Source: an uncultured Actinomycetes bacterium (lineage in GTDB: Bacteria; Actinomycetota; Thermoleophilia; UBA2241). From it: a stretch of 64,000 nucleotides of DNA. Both the position numbers and the translations under genes were made by a program. Shown here one piece after another: positions 57,734 to 64,000 of the stretch. The DNA is taken from NCBI GenBank assembly GCA_963767005.1, contig CAVYCN010000012.1, positions 96,001 through 160,000 of the forward strand. The letters are read 5' to 3'. The notes under the pieces were generated by a model, which saw only the letters and a list, made by a program, of their open reading frames with translations, had not been told where the DNA came from and did not search any database. Numbering within the stretch: the first letter of the stretch is position 1; each line of letters starts with the position of its first letter.

Positions 57734-58483
57734 TCACGAACTGTGACGGCCGTCGGTCGCCGCTGCAGTCGGCGTCGAGGGCTCGTCGAGGATCTCGATG
57801 AAGTGGTACTGGTCGACGTCGATGGTGCCGCGCCAGCTCAGGGCGACCGGCGCCGAGAACAGCGGCGCGGCGGTGACCACCGTGTGGAACTCGCCCTCCT
57901 CGCCGCAGGCATCGACGCCCGCGGCCTCGAGCTCGTCGACGAGCGCGGGGTCGAGCCGGCGACCGAGAAAGCGCGCGTCGAGGCGGTCGCCGTTCACCAC
58001 GACGACCGTGGCGACGACGCCGGCGGCGAAGAGCTCGTCGAGCAGCTTGCGCCGCGGTTCGAGCCAGAGCGGCAGTGCGGCCTCGAGCCCCGCCTCGCCG
58101 CACACCCTCTCGACCCAGTCGCGGTGCGGCTGCAGGTCGATGTCGCCGAACACGCCGAGGCCGAGGCCAAGCCGGTCGCGCAGCTCGCCGAGGCCGTCGA
58201 GGAAGGCGGCCTCATAGTCGTCCCACGAGGCGCCGCGCAGCACGAGCGGCACGCCCAGGGCCGCGGCCTGGCGCGCCACGAGCGACACCGGCAGGGCGTG
58301 GCTCTTGGTGCGGCGGCCGTCGGGCTCGGTCATGGTGAACAGCGCCGCCGGGCGGCCGCCGCGCGCCACGGCGCGCTGCAGGGCGAGATAGCCGTCCTTG
58401 CCGCCGCTCCACGAGACGAAGAAGGCGCGCCCGTCGAGCGGCGCGAGCGCCTCGCCGCCGTCGCTGGAAGGTTGCACGATCAT
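57734..58483 (-). CDS. Dph6/MJ0570-like PP-loop ATP pyrophosphatase (diphthine-ammonia ligase family)
   Basis: SWSGGKDG, FGDIDL, PLW and CGEEGEFHTVV motifs; ATGA overlap with the Fur gene. Confidence 0.85.
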   Translation of the reverse strand: MIVQPSSDGGEALAPLDGRAFFVSWSGGKDGYLALQRAVARGGRPAALFTMTEPDGRRTKSHALPVSLVARQAAALGVPLVLRGASWDDYEAAFLDGLGELRDRLGLGLGVFGDIDLQPHRDWVERVCGEAGLEAALPLWLEPRRKLLDELFAAGVVATVVVVNGDRLDARFLGRRLDPALVDELEAAGVDACGEEGEFHTVVTAAPLFSAPVALSWRGTIDVDQYHFIEILDEPSTPTAAATDGRHSS

Positions 58484-59043
58484 GGTCGCTCCCCGTTCGA
58501 TCCGCTCGCCCCGCCCGCGGCGGGCTCCCGGCGCCCGGCATCTTCGCCGCGACACTGGGCGCAGGTCCCGTAGACCTCGAGGTGATGGCCGTAGATGGCA
58601 AACCCGGTCTCGGCCGTCAGGCGCGCCTCGAGGGCAGTGAGGTCGCCATCGCCGTCGAAGCGCACGACGCGCCGGCAGCGGCCGCAGACGAGCGGGTGGC
58701 TGTGGCCGATCGGCGGAGCGGTGAAGCCGATCTCGCCGCGTATGTCCTGCACGCGCACGAGCAGACCGAGGTCGGTGAGCAGCGTGACGGTGCGATAGAC
58801 GGTGGCCTGACCGATGCCCTCGTCACGCAGGCCGTCGGTCGCCTCGGCGATGGTCGCCGCCCGGTCGCCCAGCGCGAAGAACTCCCAGACCAGGCGGCGC
58901 TGGCGCGTCATCGGGATGCCGCGGTCGCGAAAGACCGCGTCGATGTCGGGACCGCCGCGCGGGTCGGCCGCGGGCGTCGCCGCCGCGCCTTGGTCCGCGC
59001 GGGCGGTGTCTCGTAGCGTGTCGGGGCTGCCGGAGTCGGTCAT
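58480..59043 (-). CDS. Fur family transcriptional regulator
   Basis: MTRQRR, ATVYRT, HSHPLVCGRC and HHLEVYGTCAQC motifs. Confidence 0.9.
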   Translation of the reverse strand: MTDSGSPDTLRDTARADQGAAATPAADPRGGPDIDAVFRDRGIPMTRQRRLVWEFFALGDRAATIAEATDGLRDEGIGQATVYRTVTLLTDLGLLVRVQDIRGEIGFTAPPIGHSHPLVCGRCRRVVRFDGDGDLTALEARLTAETGFAIYGHHLEVYGTCAQCRGEDAGRREPAAGGASGSNGERP

Positions 59044-59045
59044 CG

Positions 59046-59081
59046 TTGAGAGAAATTATCAATCAGCCCGCCGGCCGTCAA
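59046..59081 (-). promoter_or_regulatory. Promoter with overlapping Fur-box-like operator
   Basis: TTGACG (59076-59081)-17 nt-TAATTT; TTGATAATTTCTCTCAA (59046-59062) resembles the 7-1-7 TGATAATnATTATCA box. Confidence 0.65.
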
Positions 59082-59106
59082 CCGGCGAGTGGCGACCGGC
59101 GGGCCG

Positions 59107-60189
59107 CTAGGGAGTGGCGCCGGCCGCCGGCTGCAGGACGCCGGCCAGGCCGCGGGCGAAGGGCGGCGTCCACTTGTCGCGGCCCGAGTCGATCAGGTGG
59201 AACATGTCGTAGAAGTCGCTCTCGCGCAGGTGGGCCAGCGGTTCGGCGTCCACGTCGGGCACGCCGAGTCGCCGCGCCACGGCGTCGACCGCGGCCCTGT
59301 AGGCCTCGAGATACGCGTCCCAGGCGGGGCCCGACGCGACCAGGGCGAGGGGCTGCTGGAAGAAGGTGACGGTGTAGCCCTTCTCGCGGCCGAGACGCAC
59401 GACGTCGGCGAGCAGGGCGAGGTTGTAGGTGGAGTTGGCGGCGTAGAGCGGCCGCTCACGAGCGAGCTCAACCGGGCTGCCGGCGAGCTTGGCGGACAGG
59501 CTCGCGACCGCGTTGCCCGTGTGGTAGTGGGTGGCGTAGGTGATGGGCGAGAGGTGGGGCGATCTCGTGATGATGCGCTGGTCGGCGTACGACACGACGA
59601 AGTCGAAGATGCCGGGCAGCAGACCGGGCAGGCTGTGGTGCACCCGCGCGTGACCGGCGAGCGCCGCGGCGAGACGGGCGCTCGTCAAGGCCAGAGGCGA
59701 GCCCGTGATCTGCGTCGCGTCGGCGCTCGGCGCGGTGAGCAGGCGGTTCGGCGACAGGCCGATCGCCAGGAGGCCGCTGCCGCGCGGCAGGTTGTCGATC
59801 ACGGCCAGCGTCTGGCCGATGCTCTGGTTGTGGGCGGCCAGGCTGATCACCGTCACCGGCGGGCCGCCGGCCGCCGTGATGGCCGTCGCGAGGGCGCCGG
59901 GGCTGCGCACCATCTCCATAGTGCCGGAGCCGCCGAAGAGGTAGACGACCCGGCCAGCCGGCGGGTGACGGCGGAGCTCCGCGACGCGGTACGAGAGGTG
60001 CACGTAGTCGTCGTTGGGGATGCGCAGCATGAGACGCTCGGGCAGCACCGTGAAGGCGCCGCTCGACACGAACCACTGCACGCCGGCCAGGGCGGCGACC
60101 GTCAGCAGCACGGCGACCACCAGGACGAAGGGCGAGCGGCAGCGCAGGCCGCGCAGCAGGGCGCCTCGTACGGTGCTCGCCTCTTGCAT
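59107..60189 (-). CDS. Membrane-anchored SGNH-hydrolase-like hypothetical protein
   Basis: N-terminal TM; YLFGGS (block I Ser) and FYDMFHL (DxxH) motifs. Confidence 0.65.
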   Translation of the reverse strand: MQEASTVRGALLRGLRCRSPFVLVVAVLLTVAALAGVQWFVSSGAFTVLPERLMLRIPNDDYVHLSYRVAELRRHPPAGRVVYLFGGSGTMEMVRSPGALATAITAAGGPPVTVISLAAHNQSIGQTLAVIDNLPRGSGLLAIGLSPNRLLTAPSADATQITGSPLALTSARLAAALAGHARVHHSLPGLLPGIFDFVVSYADQRIITRSPHLSPITYATHYHTGNAVASLSAKLAGSPVELARERPLYAANSTYNLALLADVVRLGREKGYTVTFFQQPLALVASGPAWDAYLEAYRAAVDAVARRLGVPDVDAEPLAHLRESDFYDMFHLIDSGRDKWTPPFARGLAGVLQPAAGATP

Positions 60190-60350
60190 GTGTCGTGACT
60201 CCAGTGGTCGTGGAGCCGGCGCGTCGCCGGCTGCAGGGGGCTGCCACGAAGGCGGCGGCGCGGGCGCGTGCGGCCCGACGGTCCAGCCGGATAACGGTAG
60301 CGACCGGGCGAGCGCCGGTCAAACCAGGGGCGTTGCCGTCGCCGTGCGGC

Positions 60351-60392
60351 GCCGGCGGCCCGGCCGGCGGCCCGGCCGGCGGCCCGGCCGGC
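60351..60392. repeat. 12-bp GC tandem repeat x3.5
   Basis: gccggcggcccg repeated in the intergenic region after cobC. Confidence 0.8.
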
Positions 60393-60407
60393 CCGCGCGT
60401 CGCGTCG

Positions 60408-61145
60408 TCAGCGAGAGCGCTCGGCCGCTTCTTCGGCGCGCGCCTCGCCGGCCAGCTCGACGACGCGCGCCGGCGCCTCGACGAGCGAGGCGCGGTCGTC
60501 GCTGGCCAGGCCCCGCAGATGGCTCGTATCGTTCACGAAGCGCACGCTCGTCCAGGCGCCGTCGGTCTCGACCAGGCTGAGGCCGCCGTGGCTCGTCGAC
60601 AGCGCCCAGTGCCGCTCGGCAGGCACGCCGAGCAGGTCGTTCAGGATGGTGCGCAGAGGACCGTCGTGGGCCACGAGGCACACGGCCATGTCGTCGCCGG
60701 CCACGATATCGGCCCAGGCGGCCATGACGCGGTCGCGTACCGCGTTCATCGACTCGCCGCCGGGCAGCGCGGTGCCGAGCGGGTCGCGGGCGAAGGCGTC
60801 GGTGAGCGCGGGGTCGGCGACGAACTCGTCCCACGTGCGACCCTCGAAGTCGCCGAGGTCGATCTCGCGCAGGCGGCGGTCGGGGCGGGGACCGGCGGTC
60901 CCCGCCCCGACCGCCGCCTCGCCGGCCGCGGCCGGCCGCCAGCGCGCCGCGATCAGCTCCGCCGTCTGCAGCGCGCGCGGCAGGTCGCTCGTGTAGAGCG
61001 GCATCGGCCCGAGCGGGGCGAGGCGCGCCGCGACGCGGCGCGCCTGGGCGACACCGAGACGGGTCAGCGGATGGTCGCTCCAGCCGGTCATGCGCCCCGG
61101 CAGGTTGCCGGCCGAGCGACCGTGGCGCACCAGATAGAGCTTCAC
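60408..61145 (-). CDS. cobC: Histidine phosphatase, probable alpha-ribazole/adenosylcobalamin-5'-phosphate phosphatase
   Basis: LYLVRHG, TSDLPRA, LREIDLG and VAHDG motifs; overlaps cobS. Confidence 0.75.
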   Translation of the reverse strand: MKLYLVRHGRSAGNLPGRMTGWSDHPLTRLGVAQARRVAARLAPLGPMPLYTSDLPRALQTAELIAARWRPAAAGEAAVGAGTAGPRPDRRLREIDLGDFEGRTWDEFVADPALTDAFARDPLGTALPGGESMNAVRDRVMAAWADIVAGDDMAVCLVAHDGPLRTILNDLLGVPAERHWALSTSHGGLSLVETDGAWTSVRFVNDTSHLRGLASDDRASLVEAPARVVELAGEARAEEAAERSR

Positions 61146-62107
61146 CGCACGACCAGGCCGGCGCCGACCAGGGCGAGCACCTCGGCGAGCTCGACGCCGA
61201 GTCCGTAGACGTCGCCGGTGAGGCCGCCCAGGCGGCGGGCTACAAGGGTCTGCACGCCGAGCGTGATCGCCACGACGGCGGCGGCCACGTCGAGCCCGAG
61301 GAACGGCCCGGCGGCGCCGGAGCGCGCCACCGCACCGGCCGCCAGGGCGACGACCACGGCGCAGACGGCGGCGACAACCACGGGTCCGCTGGTGGTGCCG
61401 GCGCCGGCGAACGCCGCGCCGGTGCCTTCGCGCCGGGCGTAGCCGAAGAAGCGCACGTCGATCGCCGGCAGCAGACGCGCGACCGTGAGGCCGGCGACCA
61501 GGCCGAGGGCCGCGCCGGGGCGCGCGAGCGCAGCGAGCGCGCTCACCTTGACGACCACCACGGCGATCGCGGCGAACACACCCATCGCGCCCACGCGGCT
61601 GTCCTTCATGATCTCGAGCGCGCGCTCGCGCGGGGCGCCGCTCAGGCAGCCGTCGGCGGTGTCCATGAGGCCGTCCAGGTGCAGCGCCCGCGTGGCGAGC
61701 TCGAGGCCGACGACGACGAGCGCGGCGGCGACCAGCGGCGTGAGGCGGTAGAGCAGCAGCGCGTAGACGCCCCAGCCGGCGAGCCCCAGCAGCAGGCCCA
61801 CCACCGGGTAGAGCCCCATGCTGGCCCACAGGTCGGCGGGGTCGGCCGCGCCGCTCGTCGGCAGGCGCACGGCGGTCAGGAAGGTCACGGCCAGCGCGAA
61901 GCGGCGAGCCCGGACGGCGAGCCAGCCGCCCCCGTCGCCGGGCGCCGGCGCGTCGGGCCCGGCGCCGTTCGGCGGCCGCGGCGCCGCGCCGGGCGCCGCC
62001 GGGCGCGTGGGCCCGCCGTCGTCCGGCGCAGCGGGGGTGGTCGTGTCGTGGGGCTCGTCGGTCATCGTCACAGTCGCGTCTTGGTCCGTCCCGTCTGGTT
62101 TCGCCAC
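61142..62107 (-). CDS. cobS: Adenosylcobinamide-GDP ribazoletransferase
   Basis: FLT, LHLDGLMDTADG, IMKDSRVGAMG and GGLTGDVYG motifs. Confidence 0.93.
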   Translation of the reverse strand: MAKPDGTDQDATVTMTDEPHDTTTPAAPDDGGPTRPAAPGAAPRPPNGAGPDAPAPGDGGGWLAVRARRFALAVTFLTAVRLPTSGAADPADLWASMGLYPVVGLLLGLAGWGVYALLLYRLTPLVAAALVVVGLELATRALHLDGLMDTADGCLSGAPRERALEIMKDSRVGAMGVFAAIAVVVVKVSALAALARPGAALGLVAGLTVARLLPAIDVRFFGYARREGTGAAFAGAGTTSGPVVVAAVCAVVVALAAGAVARSGAAGPFLGLDVAAAVVAITLGVQTLVARRLGGLTGDVYGLGVELAEVLALVGAGLVVR

Positions 62108-62140
62108 GCCGCGGCGCCCGCCTGCTCGGCCGGCCGCCGG

Positions 62141-63226
62141 CTAGCGGTGCAGGTCGGCGTCGGCGCCGTGGGGATCGCCGGCCACGCCGGCGCTCTCGAA
62201 GGTCGCCATCTCGTCGAGGATACGGGCGGCCGCCTCGATGATGGTCATGGCGAGCGCCGCCCCGGTGCCTTCGCCCAGGCGCATCTCCAGGTCGAACAGG
62301 GCGACCAGGCCGAGCTCGTCGAGCACCGCCTGGTGGCCGATCTCGATCGACACGTGGCTCGGCATGACGTAGTCGACCGCCTCGTGGCAGAGGCGCACCG
62401 CGCAGAGCACGGCGGCCGCCGAGATGAAGCCGTCCATGACCACAGGCACGCGGTGGGCGGCCGCGCCCAGCACGACGCCGGCGAGGGCGGCGACCTCGAG
62501 GCCGCCGACCTTAGCGAGCACGTCGACCGGGTCCCTTGGGTCGGGCGCGTTCACCGCCAGGGCGCGCTCGATCACGGCGATCTTGCCGGCCAGGGCGTCG
62601 ACCGTGATACCGGTGCCCCGCCCCGTGACCTTGGCGACCGGCAGGCCGGTCAACGCCGCGATCACGGCCGAGCTCGCCGTCGTGTTGCCGATGCCCATGT
62701 CGCCGGTGGCGATCAGGTCGAGGCCGCTCGCCAGCTCCTCGTCGACCACGTCGATGCCCACGCCGATCGCCTCAAGGGCGTCGTCGCGGCTCATGGCGGG
62801 ACCGACACTCATGTCGTCGGTGCCCATGCGGACCTTGCGGTGCCGCACGCCGGCGACGTTCGACAGGTCGGCGTCCACGCCAACGTCGGTGACCACGACG
62901 TACGCGCCGACCAAGCGTGAGAGCACGTTGATGGCGGCGCCGCCGGCGACGAAGTTCATGACCATGCCGGGCGTGACCTCGGCCGGAAAGGCCGACACGC
63001 CCTGGGCGACGACGCCGTGGTCGGCCGCCATGACGGCCACGACCTTGCGTCCGATCTGCGGCCGCGCCTTGCCGGTGATGCCCGCGAGCTGCGTGGACAG
63101 CGTCTCGAGGCGCCCCAGCGCGCGCGGCGGCTTGGTGAGCAGGCGCTGGCGCGCCTCGGCGGCGTCCATCGCCGCGCGGTCGAGCGGCTGGATGGCGGCG
63201 ATCGTCCGGGCGAGCTGGTCGGTCAT
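62141..63226 (-). CDS. cobT: Nicotinate-nucleotide-dimethylbenzimidazole phosphoribosyltransferase
   Basis: LTKPPRALGRLE, AADHGV, DMGIGNTT, GGLEV, RLGEGTGA and MATF motifs. Confidence 0.93.
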   Translation of the reverse strand: MTDQLARTIAAIQPLDRAAMDAAEARQRLLTKPPRALGRLETLSTQLAGITGKARPQIGRKVVAVMAADHGVVAQGVSAFPAEVTPGMVMNFVAGGAAINVLSRLVGAYVVVTDVGVDADLSNVAGVRHRKVRMGTDDMSVGPAMSRDDALEAIGVGIDVVDEELASGLDLIATGDMGIGNTTASSAVIAALTGLPVAKVTGRGTGITVDALAGKIAVIERALAVNAPDPRDPVDVLAKVGGLEVAALAGVVLGAAAHRVPVVMDGFISAAAVLCAVRLCHEAVDYVMPSHVSIEIGHQAVLDELGLVALFDLEMRLGEGTGAALAMTIIEAAARILDEMATFESAGVAGDPHGADADLHR

Positions 63227-63963
63227 GAGTCGTGCTCCTCTTCTTCCGGCGTCGACGGCGCGGACGTGCGCGGCGCGGCGAGCGCGCCCTCCTGCGGCGA
63301 CGACGCGAACGTGAACGGGTCGGCGGCGAGCGCCTTGAGCTCGATCGGGATGCCGGCGACGAGCAGGTAGACCTCGGCGGCGTCGTCGGCCAGGCGGTGG
63401 TTGGCGCGGCCGAGCTCGTCGCGGTACAGGCGGCCGATGGGGTACTCGGGCACGACTCCGAAGCCGACCTCGTTGGAGACCGCGACCATGCTCGAGTCGG
63501 TCTCGCGCACGGCGGCGAGCAGGTCGTCGACCGCGGCGCCGATGCGCGCCGCGACCGCCGCTTCGACCTCGCGCGCGATGAACGCCTTGTCGAAGTTTCC
63601 GAGTCCCTCGGGCGTCGTGCCGCCCAGGTCGCCCGCCGCGAACAGCAGGTTGCTCACCCAGAAGGTGACGCAGTCGAGCAGAAAGGCGGGCGGCCCGCTC
63701 GAGCTGGCGGCGGCGGCGCTGCGCACCGCCGCCGCCAGCTCGAGCGGGCACTCCACGGTCGTCCAGGCGCCGGTCCGGGACTGCTGGTGGGCGGCGACGC
63801 GCGCCGCCATCTCCCGGTCGTTGGCTTCGGAGGTCGCGAGGTAGACGACCGGCGCGTCGCCGGCGCGCGCCGCGACCAGGCGCTCCGCGAACGTGCTCTT
63901 GCCGCCGCGCGCACCGCCCAGCACGAGCGCGAGGCGGGGCGGGTGTTCGGACGATGAGACCAC
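63223..63963 (-). CDS. cobU: Adenosylcobinamide kinase / adenosylcobinamide-phosphate guanylyltransferase
   Basis: GGARGGKS, YLAT, DCVTFW, VSNEVG and VAGIP motifs. Confidence 0.93.
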   Translation of the reverse strand: MVSSSEHPPRLALVLGGARGGKSTFAERLVAARAGDAPVVYLATSEANDREMAARVAAHQQSRTGAWTTVECPLELAAAVRSAAAASSSGPPAFLLDCVTFWVSNLLFAAGDLGGTTPEGLGNFDKAFIAREVEAAVAARIGAAVDDLLAAVRETDSSMVAVSNEVGFGVVPEYPIGRLYRDELGRANHRLADDAAEVYLLVAGIPIELKALAADPFTFASSPQEGALAAPRTSAPSTPEEEEHDS

Positions 63964-64000
63964 CGCAGCCCTCCCACGAGGCCAACAAACGCAGTGACCC

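Noticed and set aside
59044-64000. Cobalamin riboswitch
   Set aside because: No B12-box motif upstream of the Fur-btu operon; only 37 nt upstream of cobU are visible, so one could lie outside the window.

Overview
A very GC-rich chromosomal window with about 66 genes. Gene content and promoter style suggest an Actinomycetota, possibly Thermoleophilia-like; this is inference, not a taxonomic search. I see no rRNA, tRNA, CRISPR, transposase or phage genes. In order: etfB-etfA-acyl-CoA dehydrogenase; a Fic gene; a degenerate GAF-GAF-GGDEF gene divergent from a sigma28/WhiG-type promoter that precedes a long structured RNA and a small Arg-rich protein; thioesterase; DUF1385; an unannotated promoter-sORF-terminator unit; MFS, yhaM, aspA; a Bcp-type peroxiredoxin with an in-frame UGA at the catalytic Cys plus a SECIS-like hairpin (probable selenoprotein); ferredoxin, MBL hydrolase, cold-shock protein; a CymR-like Rrf2-metY-metX-metW cluster; murB; an ECF sigma/anti-sigma pair; fabI; a GH4/PfkB/GatZ/AgaS/sugar-ABC/DeoR catabolic locus; a b6f-type Rieske/split cytochrome b/diheme c operon; a probable peptidoglycan-recycling locus (serine hydrolase, Ala-Glu epimerase, Opp); tyrosine phenol-lyase; an AprAB-like flavoprotein pair; DUF2252; TetR-mmsA; and a corrinoid salvage region (Fur, Dph6-like ATPase, btuFCD; cobU-cobT-cobS-cobC). 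The most notable signals are the sigma28-RNA-small protein/dead-GGDEF module, the selenoprotein, apparent non-canonical start codons (ACG, ATC) on regulatory genes, and two unannotated micro-genes. All homology calls come from recognising motifs by eye; no database searches were run.
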